Positions 37,062 through 48,201 of a DNA stretch of 64,000 bases are shown one piece after another (positions within the stretch are counted from its first letter, which is position 1; the number at the start of each line of letters is the position of its first letter). The notes below the pieces were generated by a model. It had not been told where the DNA came from. It searched no databases and was given only the letters and a program-made list of their open reading frames with translations. A program made the translations under genes and the position numbers. The DNA lies in contig CAXXKT010000001.1 in the NCBI GenBank assembly GCA_963662405.2, forward strand, positions 2,496,001 through 2,560,000. The letters run 5' to 3'. Source of the DNA: Syntrophales bacterium (GTDB taxonomy: Bacteria > Desulfobacterota > Syntrophia > Syntrophales > UBA2210).

Positions 37062-37148
37062 GCGAGAGTGGCGGAACTGGAAGACGCACTGGACTTAGGA
37101 TCCAGCCCGCGAAAGCGGATAGGGGTTCAACTCCCCTCTCTCGCACCA
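37062..37148 (+). tRNA. tRNA-Leu(TAG)
   Basis: CTGGA-CTTAGGA-TCCAG anticodon arm, long variable arm, CCA end. Confidence 0.96.
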
Positions 37149-37215
37149 TGCCCAAGGGAAAGCCGGGTGCTGGTTCGTATCGCGAGTTCCTCAACATCTA
37201 TAAAGGAGAAGGTGA

Positions 37216-38538
37216 GTGGACACTAACGTAACCATAGAAGATGTCAATCCGGTTCAGAAGAAGTTATCTTTCGAGGTGTCGTGGGAAGACGTAAAGCAGG
37301 AGCTCGATTCTATATACAAGACGGTGGGAAAGAGCGCGAAGATCAGGGGATTCAGACCGGGGAAGGCCCCCCGGGCTGTTCTCGAAGCGCACCATGGAGA
37401 ACGGGTCGAAGAGGAAACGATATCGAATCTGATCACCCGGCGCTATAGCGAGGCCGTCGAGGAACATAACCTGGAGGTCGTCGCGCAGCCGGTTATCGAT
37501 CAAAAAGGGATTACGAAAGGCGAGAGTTTTCTCTTTACCGCGACCGTTGAGATCCAACCGAACGTTGAGCCCCGGGACTATACCGGTCTTGTCCTGGAAA
37601 AGGAAAAACTATCCGTTCTCAAGGCGGATGTCGATGAACGTCTCAGCCAGATACAGCAGATGTATGCAACCCTTGAAGATGCAAATGATGACCGAGCCCT
37701 TGCCAACGACGATTTCGCCATGATCGATTTTGCCGGAACGCTCGATGGTGAGGCCCGCAAAGAGCTTGAAGCCCAAGACTACACGCTCCAGATCGGTTCC
37801 GGCAGCTTCGTCCCCGGTTTCGAGGAACAATTGATCGGAATGAAGAAGGGGGAGACAAAGGATATCACGGTCACCTTCCCCGAGACGTACGATGCGAAGG
37901 ATATCGCCGGGAAAGAGGTATCCTTTTCCGTGACCCTGAAGAATGTTCGCGAAAAGGTTCTGCCGAAGCTGGACGAGGAGTTTATCAAGAATTTCGAAAA
38001 ATACGAATCCCTGAAGGACCTGAAGGACGATGTGAAGAAGTCGCTCCAGGAAGAGGGAGAGAGCCGGATCAAGACCCAACTGAGAGGCTCGATTGTCGAC
38101 AAGCTCCTGGAGAGAAACGAATTCGAGGTTCCCTCCGCCTGGGTGGAACGGCAGATCTATACCATGATGCTCGATACGCGCCAGAAAATGGTACAGAACG
38201 GGATGCCGGACGATAAGGCCGCCGAGTTTTCATACGGGATGCATGACCGGTTCAAGGAACAGGCCGCAAAGATGGTCAAGGCGTCCTTTATCCTGAACAA
38301 GATTGCACAGAAGGAGTCGATCGACGTCACCGATGAGGAAATCGAGGAAAAGCTGAAGGAAATTGCTCAGCGGTACGGACAGGACTACGAGAGCGTCAAG
38401 GGCGTCTATGATGAAAATGGAATGAAAGAGCGGCTCAAGGATGATATGGTCGAGCAGAAGACCCTCGATTTTATCGAAGAGAAGGCGACGGTAACCGCCG
38501 TCAAAAAATCGAAGAAGGAAGCAAAAGGAGAAGAATGA
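37216..38538 (+). CDS. tig: Trigger factor
   Basis: [12 protein letters not shown] domain [11 protein letters not shown]. Confidence 0.97.
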   Translation: MDTNVTIEDVNPVQKKLSFEVSWEDVKQELDSIYKTVGKSAKIRGFRPGKAPRAVLEAHHGERVEEETISNLITRRYSEAVEEHNLEVVAQPVIDQKGITKGESFLFTATVEIQPNVEPRDYTGLVLEKEKLSVLKADVDERLSQIQQMYATLEDANDDRALANDDFAMIDFAGTLDGEARKELEAQDYTLQIGSGSFVPGFEEQLIGMKKGETKDITVTFPETYDAKDIAGKEVSFSVTLKNVREKVLPKLDEEFIKNFEKYESLKDLKDDVKKSLQEEGESRIKTQLRGSIVDKLLERNEFEVPSAWVERQIYTMMLDTRQKMVQNGMPDDKAAEFSYGMHDRFKEQAAKMVKASFILNKIAQKESIDVTDEEIEEKLKEIAQRYGQDYESVKGVYDENGMKERLKDDMVEQKTLDFIEEKATVTAVKKSKKEAKGEE

Positions 38539-39125
38539 TGCCGCTCATCCCGATGGTCATTGAACAGGACGGCAGGGGGGAACGATCCTTCGACATCTAT
38601 TCCCGACTCCTGAAGGACCGGATCATCTTTCTCGGGTCGGCAATCGATGATGATGTGGCGAACCTCGTGATTGCCCAGATGCTGTTTCTGGAATCGGAGG
38701 ATCCGGATCGGGAGATATTCTTCTACCTGAATACGCCCGGCGGTGTGGTCAGCGCCGGTCTGGCGATCTATGATACGATGCAGTATATCCGTTCCGCCGT
38801 TCACACGATCTGCATGGGTCAGGCGGCGAGTATGGGCGCTCTTCTCCTGACGGCGGGGGAACCGGGAAAGAGGAGTGCTTTGCCCAACTCCCGGATCGTT
38901 ATTCACCAGCCTCTTGGCGGGTCGCAGGGACAGGCAACCGATATCGGGATCCAGGCCAAAGAAATATTGCGACTAAAAAAAGATCTTAACGGCATCCTGG
39001 CCCGGCATACCGGTCAGACCTTTGAAAAGGTTGAAAGAGATACCGAGAGAGATTATTATATGACAAGCAACCAGGCTAAAGAATATGGCATAATTGACGA
39101 AATAATTATAGAACGAAAAAAGTGA
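38535..39125 (+). CDS. clpP: Clp protease proteolytic subunit
   Basis: DIYSRLL, GQAASMG, HQP. Confidence 0.98.
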   Translation: MMPLIPMVIEQDGRGERSFDIYSRLLKDRIIFLGSAIDDDVANLVIAQMLFLESEDPDREIFFYLNTPGGVVSAGLAIYDTMQYIRSAVHTICMGQAASMGALLLTAGEPGKRSALPNSRIVIHQPLGGSQGQATDIGIQAKEILRLKKDLNGILARHTGQTFEKVERDTERDYYMTSNQAKEYGIIDEIIIERKK

Positions 39126-39138
39126 GGGGAACGGTTCA

Positions 39139-40419
39139 ATGGGTAAAACTCCTGATAACGGCGAGCGGGATCTGCTTTTTTGCTCATTTTGCGGGAAGAC
39201 GCAGAATGAGGTCAAGAAGCTGGTCGCCGGTCCAACCGCTTACATCTGTGACGAATGCATAGAGTTGTGTCGGTGCATCGTCGAAGAAGACGGAAAGCGG
39301 GATATCAGAGATGTCAAGGAAGATATCCCCGAGCCCAAGGATATAAAGAAATTTCTTGATCAGTATGTAGTCGGGCAGGAACGGTCGAAAAAGATCCTTT
39401 CCGTCGCCGTGTATAATCACTACAAGAGGCTTTTTTCCGGGGTCGAGATGAACGACGTCGAGCTTCAGAAGAGCAATATCCTCCTGATCGGTCCGACCGG
39501 TTCGGGGAAGACGCTCCTGGCGCGTACTCTTGCTCGGATGCTTGATGTCCCTTTTGCCATTGCCGACGCCACGACCCTGACCGAGGCAGGATATGTTGGG
39601 GAGGACGTTGAAAACATCATCTTGAGTCTTCTCCAGAATGCAAATTATGATGTGCAGCGGGCTTCACACGGGATCGTCTATGTCGATGAGATCGACAAGA
39701 TATCGAAGAAATCAGGGAACCCCTCTATTACCCGGGATGTGTCCGGCGAGGGGGTTCAGCAGGCCCTCCTGAAGATCATTGAGGGGACCCTGGCGAACGT
39801 GCCTCCCAAGGGGGGGCGAAAGCACCCGCAACAGGAATTTATACAGGTTGATACTACCAATATCCTGTTCATCTGTGGTGGGGCGTTCAACGGCCTGGAA
39901 GATATTATTGAAAAGAGACTGAACGTCAGTTCCATGGGGTTCGGGGCCGATATCAAAAGCAGGAAGGAACAGAATGTCGGCGAGATCCTTTCCGATGTCA
40001 GGCCCGAAGATCTCCTGAAGTACGGTTTGATTCCGGAGTTTGTGGGGAGGCTTCCGGTTATCGGAACCCTCTATGATCTCATTGACGAGGACTTGGTGAG
40101 GATACTCGTCGAACCCAAGAATTCCATGGTGAAGCAGTACAAAAAGATGTTTGAGATAGAGGGGGTCAAGTTGACCTTTACCGATGAAGCCCTGAGGGCC
40201 ATAGCCAAATTGTCCGCGGAGCGTAAGTCGGGTGCGAGGGGACTTCAGGCCATTATGGAGGATACCATGCTGGACATCATGTATGAGATCCCTTCACGGA
40301 ATGATATACGTGAATGCCTGATCAATGAGGATGTGGTCTTAAGTAAAGAGAAACCGATCCTGCTCTACGAAACTATCTCCGAGGATGGGGAAGGGGACGA
40401 GCAGGAAAAAACGGGATAG
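39139..40419 (+). CDS. clpX: Clp protease ATPase subunit
   Basis: CSFC..CDEC zinc finger, [21 protein letters not shown]. Confidence 0.98.
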   Translation: MGKTPDNGERDLLFCSFCGKTQNEVKKLVAGPTAYICDECIELCRCIVEEDGKRDIRDVKEDIPEPKDIKKFLDQYVVGQERSKKILSVAVYNHYKRLFSGVEMNDVELQKSNILLIGPTGSGKTLLARTLARMLDVPFAIADATTLTEAGYVGEDVENIILSLLQNANYDVQRASHGIVYVDEIDKISKKSGNPSITRDVSGEGVQQALLKIIEGTLANVPPKGGRKHPQQEFIQVDTTNILFICGGAFNGLEDIIEKRLNVSSMGFGADIKSRKEQNVGEILSDVRPEDLLKYGLIPEFVGRLPVIGTLYDLIDEDLVRILVEPKNSMVKQYKKMFEIEGVKLTFTDEALRAIAKLSAERKSGARGLQAIMEDTMLDIMYEIPSRNDIRECLINEDVVLSKEKPILLYETISEDGEGDEQEKTG

Positions 40420-40433
40420 TAGAGATATAACAT

Positions 40434-42860
40434 ATGTTTGATTTTAAATTAACAAATGAAGAGATACCGGGGAGCGTACTGCCGATGCCGCTCTTGCCTC
40501 TGCGGGACGTGGTCGTTTTCCCCTATATGATCGTACCTCTTTTTGTCGGTCGGGAAAAGTCGATCAATGCCTTGGAATATGCCATGCAGCATGACAAGGA
40601 GATATTTCTTGCCGCCCAGAAGAGTGCCGAGATTGATGATCCGACGCAGGAAGACGTCTATATGACCGGGACCATCGGGAACATCATACAGTTGCTTCGT
40701 CTCCCGGACGGGACGGTAAAGGCCCTGGTCGAGGGCATCCGAAGGGGCTTTATCAAACGCTATATCAACAATGACGACTTCTTTATGGTTGATATCGAGG
40801 AGCTTGATGAACAGAAGGCCCCTGGGGCGGATGCCGAGCTTGAGGCGTTGCTACGGAATATCACGGACGCCTTTGCGAAGTACGCGAAGATCAGCCGGAA
40901 GGTACCCTCCGAACTTTTGGGCTCTTTGTCCTCAACAGACAATCCGTCAAAACTGGCCGATACCGTCGCCGCACACCTGTACGTGAAGCTGGAAGAGCGG
41001 CAGAAGGTGCTCGAGACGGCGGACGTTATTGAAAGGCTTGAAAAAATATACGCCCTGATGGTGGCCGAGATCGAGATCCTGGAGGTTGAGGGGCGGATCA
41101 GAAAACGGGTCAAGTCCCAGATGGAAAAGACCCAGAAGGATTACTACCTGAATGAGCAGATGCGGGCCATCCAGAAGGAGATGGGGGAAGACGACAGTTT
41201 CAAGGCCGAGATACGGGAGCTGGAGAAGAAGCTGAAGGAGAAGCGGCTGACCGAGGAGGCCTACCAGAAGGTCAAGCAGGAAATAAAAAAACTGAAGATG
41301 ATGTCTCCCATGTCCGCGGAGGCGACCGTTGTGAGGAACTATGTGGACTGGATACTGGCTCTCCCCTGGTTTGAAAAGACGAAGGACGAAACGGAGCTGA
41401 AGGAATCCGAGGCGATCTTGGAAGAGGACCATTACGGTCTGAAGGAGGTCAAGGAACGGATCCTTGAATACCTGGCCGTCCAGACCCTCTCCACCAAGAA
41501 GAAGGGCTCTATCCTCTGCCTCGTCGGTCCTCCGGGGGTGGGAAAGACCTCCATTGCAAAGTCGATTGCCCGAGCTACCAACAGGAAATTTATCCGTTTG
41601 TCGCTCGGCGGCTTGCGGGATGAAGCCGAGATCCGCGGCCACCGGAGGACCTATATCGGGGCGATGCCCGGGAAGATCATTCAGCTTCTAAAAAAGGCCG
41701 GTTCGAGCAATCCTGTCTTCTGCCTCGATGAAATTGACAAACTCAGTTCCGACTTCAGAGGTGACCCCGCGTCGGCCCTTCTGGAGGTGCTTGATCCGGA
41801 GCAGAATATCGCCTTCAATGACAACTATCTCGAGGTTGATTATGACCTGTCCGATATCATGTTCATCACCACGGCCAATGTACTCCAGACAATTCCGGCC
41901 GCCCTTCAGGACCGGACCGAGGTGATCAGGATCGCGGGGTACACCGAACCCGAGAAGTTGAACATCGCGCAGAAATACCTTGTTGCGAAGGAAATCGAAG
42001 CAAACGGTTTGACCGACGAGGATATTACCTTTACCGATGGGTCGTTGCTGACGATCATACGGCAATACACGCGGGAGGCCGGGGTGCGGAACCTGGAAAG
42101 GGAGATTGCCTCGGTATGCAGAAAGGTGGCCCGGAAGATCGTTACCGAAGGGAAGACCAAGACCATCCGTGTGGGGGCAAAATCCGTTGAGAAGTATCTC
42201 GGCGTGCCGAAGTACCGGTTCGGTGAGATCGAGGATAAAGACCGCGTGGGGTTGACGGTCGGTCTCGCGTGGACGGAGGTCGGCGGGGAGCTGTTAACGA
42301 TCGAGTCGTCTATTATGCCGGGAACCGGGAAACTGACCCTGACGGGGAAACTGGGAGACGTGATGCAGGAATCGGCCCAGGCAGCACTGACCTATGTCAG
42401 ATCGCGGGCGGAGATCCTGGGACTGGAGGAAAACTTCTACAAGGAACTGGATATCCATGTCCACGTCCCTGAAGGGGCCATCCCGAAGGATGGACCGTCT
42501 GCCGGTATCGCCATGGCCACGTCCATCGCATCAGCACTTCTGAAGAGAACGGTCCGAAGCGATCTCGCGATGACGGGAGAGATTACCCTCCGAGGGAGGG
42601 TTCTTCCCATCGGCGGGCTGAAGGAGAAATTGTTGGCAGCCCATCGCGGGCACATCAAGACCGCGATCATACCGATCGAGAATAAAAAGGATCTTGCCAA
42701 TATCCCTGCCAATGTCCTGCGGGAGGTCGAGGTAATCCTGGTGGAAAACGTGGATGATGTTCTTGCGCGGGCGTTTACACCTGGCGATACTTCGGAGCTT
42801 GAGTATCGAGGCGGAGTGAAATCCGCGACCCGAGAGGAAACAATACGCATCAATGCGTAA
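40434..42860 (+). CDS. lon: Lon protease
   Basis: [22 protein letters not shown]. Confidence 0.98.
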   Translation: MFDFKLTNEEIPGSVLPMPLLPLRDVVVFPYMIVPLFVGREKSINALEYAMQHDKEIFLAAQKSAEIDDPTQEDVYMTGTIGNIIQLLRLPDGTVKALVEGIRRGFIKRYINNDDFFMVDIEELDEQKAPGADAELEALLRNITDAFAKYAKISRKVPSELLGSLSSTDNPSKLADTVAAHLYVKLEERQKVLETADVIERLEKIYALMVAEIEILEVEGRIRKRVKSQMEKTQKDYYLNEQMRAIQKEMGEDDSFKAEIRELEKKLKEKRLTEEAYQKVKQEIKKLKMMSPMSAEATVVRNYVDWILALPWFEKTKDETELKESEAILEEDHYGLKEVKERILEYLAVQTLSTKKKGSILCLVGPPGVGKTSIAKSIARATNRKFIRLSLGGLRDEAEIRGHRRTYIGAMPGKIIQLLKKAGSSNPVFCLDEIDKLSSDFRGDPASALLEVLDPEQNIAFNDNYLEVDYDLSDIMFITTANVLQTIPAALQDRTEVIRIAGYTEPEKLNIAQKYLVAKEIEANGLTDEDITFTDGSLLTIIRQYTREAGVRNLEREIASVCRKVARKIVTEGKTKTIRVGAKSVEKYLGVPKYRFGEIEDKDRVGLTVGLAWTEVGGELLTIESSIMPGTGKLTLTGKLGDVMQESAQAALTYVRSRAEILGLEENFYKELDIHVHVPEGAIPKDGPSAGIAMATSIASALLKRTVRSDLAMTGEITLRGRVLPIGGLKEKLLAAHRGHIKTAIIPIENKKDLANIPANVLREVEVILVENVDDVLARAFTPGDTSELEYRGGVKSATREETIRINA

Positions 42861-42928
42861 ATAGTACTTGACAGGGGACCTTTTTTTGATTAGGTTCCCA
42901 GCTTCGGTTACAGGGTGTTGAACGTTAT

Positions 42929-43004
42929 GGGCGGGTAGCTCAGCTGGGAGAGCGCCACGTTTACACCGTGGATGTCACAGGTTCAAGTCCTGTTCCGCCT
43001 ACCA
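42929..43004 (+). tRNA. tRNA-Val(TAC)
   Basis: CCACG-TTTACAC-CGTGG anticodon arm, CCA end. Confidence 0.96.
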
Positions 43005-43011
43005 TATATGC

Positions 43012-43088
<77 letters not shown>

Positions 43089-43096
43089 GAAAACAC

Positions 43097-43131
43097 GAGG
43101 GGTACGGTCTGTATGACCGACCCCTCTTTTT
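43097..43131 (+). terminator. Intrinsic terminator after the tRNA pair
   Basis: GAGGGGTACGGTC-TGTAT-GACCGACCCCTC-TTTTT. Confidence 0.8.
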
Positions 43132-43301
43132 GCTCTATGCCGAGAGCTGAAGTCTGAGAGAATCATTCCTTCACTCCATTCCAAGTCTCCCCACAAAATC
43201 TCTCGACAATATAGCATGATAGCGTTAACTGCCTGGCAGTTTTCATGTTGTGATATCTTTTGCTTGGTACGGCGGAAGTCAAAGGAAGGGATTATGGCCT
43301 G

Positions 43302-43354
43302 ATCATCAAAGCCCTGTTTCTTAAAACGAGAGACAGGGCTTTTGTTTTGGATGG
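43302..43354 (+). terminator. Terminator-like hairpin, copy 1 of a paralogous element
   Basis: GCCCTGTTTC..GAGACAGGGC followed by TTTTGTTTT. Confidence 0.7.
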
Positions 43355-43438
43355 CCGGTTGCATGAACGGGAAAGAGCTGACGATATTTTTCCAAGTCTA
43401 CCGGTTTTGCCGGTGATTAGAGCGATACATAAAGAATG

Positions 43439-43489
43439 AAATGAAAACATACGTTTTCATTTGACATTATATTACGTATCGATTACATG
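43439..43489 (+). promoter_or_regulatory. Palindromic operator abutting a TTGACA promoter of the HD-GYP gene
   Basis: AAATGAAAAC-ATAC-GTTTTCATTT overlapping TTGACA at 43461. Confidence 0.55.
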
Positions 43490-43548
43490 TAAGTGCGTAA
43501 GTATCTCTTATTAAACAGGTAGCACGTATAATTACAGAGAGGCTTCCG

Positions 43549-44700
43549 ATGAGTGATACATCGAAAAACAATGCCGGATCCATTCAAGAAATACAAACCT
43601 TACGGCGGAGAATCCGTGAACTCGAACAATCGGTAGAAGCGCTCAAGCACATAGAAGAAGACCTGCGGGAGAGTGAAACAAAGTACCGGTTTCTCACAGA
43701 GAACATGGCTGACGTATCATTTACGGTTGATCTGGATTTACGAACAACCTATGTGAGCCCTTCCATTGAAAAAGTCCTGGGGTTTACCCCCGAAGAAAGA
43801 AGATCTCAAAAAGTCGAAGAACAGTTGACCCCTCAGGCCTTACAGTTGGCCTTCGATATAATGGCGGAGGAAACAAAGCAAGAAGAGGCAGAGGAAGCGG
43901 ATCCCGATCGTTCCCGAACCCTGATTCTGGATTATTATCACAAAGACGGATCCATAAAGATCCTTGAGACGAACCTCCGTGGTATCCGTGAAAAAGATGG
44001 AACGTTGAAGGGCTTCTATGGATTGTCGAGAGACATTACCGATCGGAAAAGGGCAGATGAGGAACGGAAGAAAAATCTCGAACATCTCAGAAAGGCACTG
44101 GGAACCACGATTCAGATCGTTGTATCTCTCACGGAAGCACGAGATGCGTACACCGCGGGACACCAGCAACGAGTTGCAAACCTTGCGCGTGCCATTGCCA
44201 GTGAAATGGGCTTGCCCCGAAATACGATCGAAGGTATCAGAATCGCCGCTTCAATCCATGATATCGGCAAGATGTCCGTTCCCATTGACATACTGGCAAA
44301 GCCGGCAAAATTGACAGAGGCTGAGTTCGGGCTGATCAAAGAACACCCGGGGAAGGGCTACGAAATTATCAAGGATGTGGATTCCCCGTGGCCGCTCGCC
44401 GAGATTGTGTACCAGCATCATGAACGAGTGAACGGTTCCGGGTATCCCCTGGGCTTGGAGGGAGAAGACATCCTTCTGGAAGCACGAATCATAGGAGTAG
44501 CCGATGTGATAGAGGCAATGGCTTCACACCGGCCCTACAGGCCTGCGTTGGGAATTAATGTGGCCCTCCAGGAAATAGAAGAGAACAGCGGTATTCTGTA
44601 TGATCCAGATGTCGCGGCGGCCTGTCTTAAGATTTTCAGAGAGAAGGGGTTTGTCCTATCCGAGGACAATATGGCATGGAGTATCGTTGGAGAAGGATGA
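43549..44700 (+). CDS. PAS plus HD-GYP phosphodiesterase
   Basis: YTAGHQQRV, HDIGK, HHERVNGSGYP, RPYR. Confidence 0.94.
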   Translation: MSDTSKNNAGSIQEIQTLRRRIRELEQSVEALKHIEEDLRESETKYRFLTENMADVSFTVDLDLRTTYVSPSIEKVLGFTPEERRSQKVEEQLTPQALQLAFDIMAEETKQEEAEEADPDRSRTLILDYYHKDGSIKILETNLRGIREKDGTLKGFYGLSRDITDRKRADEERKKNLEHLRKALGTTIQIVVSLTEARDAYTAGHQQRVANLARAIASEMGLPRNTIEGIRIAASIHDIGKMSVPIDILAKPAKLTEAEFGLIKEHPGKGYEIIKDVDSPWPLAEIVYQHHERVNGSGYPLGLEGEDILLEARIIGVADVIEAMASHRPYRPALGINVALQEIEENSGILYDPDVAAACLKIFREKGFVLSEDNMAWSIVGEG

Positions 44701-44881
44701 CTGTTGCCCTGCATCCCGAACTGTCTCGATGGGGCCCCTCAGGATGATGGAATTACCCACCAGACCATCTCATATTTATTGACAGAACACTGCAACAGGG
44801 TTAATTTATCACAAGATTCCTGACCAGTTTGCACTCATCTGTTTTTTTCAGCAACTGCACCCGCAGATGGGGTATCGTATA

Positions 44882-44935
44882 ATCATCTTTGCTCCGTTTC
44901 CTCAAAACGAGAGGTGGAGTTTTTGTTTTTGATGG
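44882..44935 (+). terminator. Terminator-like hairpin, copy 2, in the 5' region of the GGDEF gene
   Basis: GCTCCGTTTC..GAGGTGGAGT followed by TTTTGTTTTT. Confidence 0.7.
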
Positions 44936-45004
44936 ATTGTTTCAATGAGAGAGACACGGATGGTCCCGGTCTTGCACCCTCATCTCAATAGAGGAGACAA
45001 TCTT

Positions 45005-46363
45005 ATGAAGGATCAATCCAAGACAGATAAGAGGCTGGTTCCCCCCCACAAGAAAGTTCCGAAGCAAAAGCAGACGGAGCCAAAAGACCCACAGATAGAA
45101 AAGGCAGGCAGGGAGAACATCGCGCTCCGGGATATTCTTCTGGCAAACCTTCCTGCGGGAATCGTCATTATCGATCCGGTGACCAGGATAATCGAAAGTG
45201 TGAACAAAGCGGCTGCGGACATGTTTGGTGTTCAGGACGAGTATATCCTTGGACACAAGTGCCACGAGTTTCTCTGCCCTGAGACGGATGGTGCCTGCCC
45301 CGTATGTGATCGGGGGCTGATAATTGAAAACGCGGAACGGGAAATGGTCTGTGTCGATGGAAGCAGGCTTCCCATCCTCAAATCCGTCAAACGGGTACCC
45401 ATAAGCGGTCGGGAAAAATTGCTGGAGTGTTTTCTTGATATCCACACCCTGAAGCTGGCGGAAAAGAAACTCAAGGAAAGCGAGTCGCGGCTGCGCGCTA
45501 TCAGCGATTCCGCTCAGGACGCTATCCTGATGATGGACCCCAAAGGGCGTATATCCTATTGGAATCCGGCTGCTACCACTATTTTCGGTTATACGGAGAC
45601 CGAAGCCGTCGGTCAGGACCTGCACCGCCTGATTGCCCCGCCGCGGTATCATGAAGCGCACTATGCCGCTTTCCCGTTATTCCAACGGGAAGGGCGGGGA
45701 ACAGCAGTGGGGGAAACACTCGACCTGGAGGCAATGAGAAAAGACGGAAAGGAGATTGCGGTGCAGCTGTCGCTTTCGTCGGTCCATATGGAAGGGGCGT
45801 GGCATGCCGTCGGAATCATCCGCGATGTAACGGAACGTAAAGAGGCGGAAGAAAAGATCCGTCAGATGGCCTATTATGACGCCTTGACCGGTCTTCCCAA
45901 CAGGACACTGTTCTCTGATCGCTTGAACACTGCGCTGGCCCGGGCCCGGAGAGATAAAACAATGGTAGGGGTTGCCATGCTCGACCTCGACAAATTCAAA
46001 GACGTCAATGACACGCTCGGCCATGATCTCGGAGATCTTCTCCTCAAGGCGACGGCACAGCGACTCAGCGCAGCCCTCAGAAAGAGTGATACCGTCGCAC
46101 GGTTCGGCGGTGACGAGTTTGTCCTGATTCTCCCCGACCTGTCAGAGGTAGCAACCGCGACAGCGGTCGTCCAGAGGATCATTGACGGCTTTCGCGAGCC
46201 CTTTGTTGTGGACACCCACACCCTTGCCGTGACGACCAGCATCGGCGTTGCGATCTATCCCGTCGATGGAACGGATAAAAATCTCCTTCTCAAAAATGCC
46301 GATATCGCCATGTACAAGGCAAAACAGGCAGGCCGAAACCGATACCGGTTTTTTACCTCGTGA
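45005..46363 (+). CDS. PAS-PAS diguanylate cyclase
   Basis: Two PAS domains, YDALTGLPNR, RKSD I-site, GGDEF; GAGGAG RBS. Confidence 0.93.
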   Translation: MKDQSKTDKRLVPPHKKVPKQKQTEPKDPQIEKAGRENIALRDILLANLPAGIVIIDPVTRIIESVNKAAADMFGVQDEYILGHKCHEFLCPETDGACPVCDRGLIIENAEREMVCVDGSRLPILKSVKRVPISGREKLLECFLDIHTLKLAEKKLKESESRLRAISDSAQDAILMMDPKGRISYWNPAATTIFGYTETEAVGQDLHRLIAPPRYHEAHYAAFPLFQREGRGTAVGETLDLEAMRKDGKEIAVQLSLSSVHMEGAWHAVGIIRDVTERKEAEEKIRQMAYYDALTGLPNRTLFSDRLNTALARARRDKTMVGVAMLDLDKFKDVNDTLGHDLGDLLLKATAQRLSAALRKSDTVARFGGDEFVLILPDLSEVATATAVVQRIIDGFREPFVVDTHTLAVTTSIGVAIYPVDGTDKNLLLKNADIAMYKAKQAGRNRYRFFTS

Positions 46364-46457
46364 AGGGACAAATTCATGGTGCTGGAAAAAAGAACGGCTT
46401 GACCATCCGGGATATCATGTATATTTTTTCTCCATAACAGCAATGGAAAGGGATGTG

Positions 46458-47321
46458 ATGAGCTGGATAACTATCGATGAAACAAGGTGTAACCTGTGTG
46501 GCCTCTGCGTGGTGCGGTGTCCCTCCGTTTTCACAAAGGTGGACGGCCGGATCGTGGCGCAGGCGGATGAGGAAAACTGCAACGGCGGTGGACATTGCAT
46601 ATCGCTGTGCGAAGGCGGGGCCATCGTCCACAGCGAGCTGGACATGACCAACTTTCCGCCCGCTTTCGAGGACGCCAATTTCGAGACGGAACAATTCGTC
46701 CGGTTCATACGGAACAGGCGAAGTCATCGCCATTTCAAAAGGAAGCCCATCCCCCGGCCTGATCTCGAAACCCTGATCGATGCGGTACGCTATGCGCCCA
46801 CGGGAGGTAACGCCCAGGCCGTCGAGATCATCGTCGTGGAAAACAAGGACACGATGAAGAGGCTCTCCGACGATACCGTCGACTTTTTCATCAACGCGGG
46901 CAATAAGGCCCGGGAGCTCATCGCGCAGCTCACCACGGAGGGGAAAGAAGCGCCGGAAAGCCTCGTTCGAACCCGCCGCTACGGGAGGCGATTTAAGGAG
47001 GCACGCGACGCGGGACTGGACCCTATCTTCCATGCTGCCCCGGCGGTCCTGATCTTTCATGGACCTCGGGAAAAGGTCTCGACCAAAGATGACTGTGTGA
47101 TCGCTTCTACCACCCTGAGCCTCCTGGCACGGACCATGGGTATCGAGTCCACCTACCTCGGCCTCCTGGTCATCGCGGCAGGAGAGACCCGGAGCATACG
47201 TTCGGAACTCCGGCTTCCCCCCGGAAACGATATCCTGTCGGTGCTGATCATGGGATATCCCCGACTCACCTATCGTTACAATGTGGATCGAAGGCCGATT
47301 CAGACGCGCTGGATACCGTAA
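46458..47321 (+). CDS. Nitroreductase with N-terminal ferredoxin domain
   Basis: CNLCGLCVVRCP, CNGGGHCISLC, RRSHRHF, YAPTGGNAQ. Confidence 0.9.
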   Translation: MSWITIDETRCNLCGLCVVRCPSVFTKVDGRIVAQADEENCNGGGHCISLCEGGAIVHSELDMTNFPPAFEDANFETEQFVRFIRNRRSHRHFKRKPIPRPDLETLIDAVRYAPTGGNAQAVEIIVVENKDTMKRLSDDTVDFFINAGNKARELIAQLTTEGKEAPESLVRTRRYGRRFKEARDAGLDPIFHAAPAVLIFHGPREKVSTKDDCVIASTTLSLLARTMGIESTYLGLLVIAAGETRSIRSELRLPPGNDILSVLIMGYPRLTYRYNVDRRPIQTRWIP

Positions 47322-47367
47322 GGGGGAACTTGAGGCCGGCCGGAAGATCGATTTGAAAACTCGAAAG

Positions 47368-47479
47368 TTTTCGGGAATAATAGGGGAATAATAGGGACAG
47401 CGCCCATTTTCGGAATAATAGGGAATAATAGGGACAGCGCCCATTTTCGTCAAATCAGAGAAATGAGGGACGTTCCCTT
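47368..47479. repeat. About 40-bp tandem duplication with GGGAC motif, plus a third related motif
   Basis: GGAATAATAGGG(G)AATAATAGGGACAGCGCCCATTTTCG twice; AATGAGGGACGTTCCCTT follows. Confidence 0.85.
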
Positions 47480-47509
47480 GGTCTTTCAGTCATAAAGGTT
47501 GAATCTGAA

Positions 47510-47764
47510 TCAGTAGCGGTATCTAAGTTGAGCGATATGAATTGCATCTTCGGTAGCTTTACAGACGAACCTGTGTTCGTCTCTAATTCGCTTGGACCAG
47601 TAGCTGGAAAGGGCGTGCTTTAAGGACTCAGGTTTGCCGATACCTTCGAAAGGGGTGCGTTTTGTTTCCTCGATGAGGGTGTTGATGCGGCGAAGGATTG
47701 TTTTGTTGGTCTTTTGCCAGTAGAGGTAATCGTCCCAGGCGTGGTCGGAGAAGATGAGTTTCAC
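47510..47764 (-). CDS. yoeB: Txe/YoeB toxin
   Basis: AWDDYLYWQ, GIGKPE, WSKRI..EHR. Confidence 0.93.
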   Translation of the reverse strand: MKLIFSDHAWDDYLYWQKTNKTILRRINTLIEETKRTPFEGIGKPESLKHALSSYWSKRIRDEHRFVCKATEDAIHIAQLRYRY

Positions 47765-48012
47765 TCCATGAGATCCTTTTCGGTCCCCCGGCCGTTTTCG
47801 AGCTGGGCTATGGATTCGATCAGCCGTCTCATGTTTTCCGGTGACCGCAGCAGATAGGCCGTCTCTTCGAGGGCCTCATAGTCCTCGAGAGACATGATAA
47901 CGACCGATTCTGAGGATTTCCGCGTGACAATCACCGGGTCCAGGTCTCTGCAAACCTTCTCCATTGTTTTCGCAAGATTTTGCCTTGCTGCCGTATAGGT
48001 TATCGTTTGCAT
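47761..48012 (-). CDS. yefM: Phd/YefM antitoxin
   Basis: YTAARQNLA, SLEDYEALEETAYLLRSPEN; 4-nt overlap with the toxin gene. Confidence 0.93.
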   Translation of the reverse strand: MQTITYTAARQNLAKTMEKVCRDLDPVIVTRKSSESVVIMSLEDYEALEETAYLLRSPENMRRLIESIAQLENGRGTEKDLME

Positions 48013-48201
48013 TTCGGCACCTCCCGTACAGCATGTCGCACATATTGTGGACGGGTTGTCAATGTGATTTTACACGTGATTTTACAGGAAAGCGGGGCAG
48101 GGCGGCCATGCTGAATAATTAGTAATGGACGTAGGAGATCATCACCTCCCACGTCCATGAACATGTCCAGGAACCTTTTAAATCCGTGTGTGTCAGATTG
48201 C

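Noticed and set aside
47368..47449. Possible CRISPR array
   Set aside because: Only two adjacent copies, no unique spacers and no cas genes in the window.
48064..48086. GTGATTTTACA(C) tandem duplication upstream of yefM
   Set aside because: Two copies only; probably local slippage with no supportable function.
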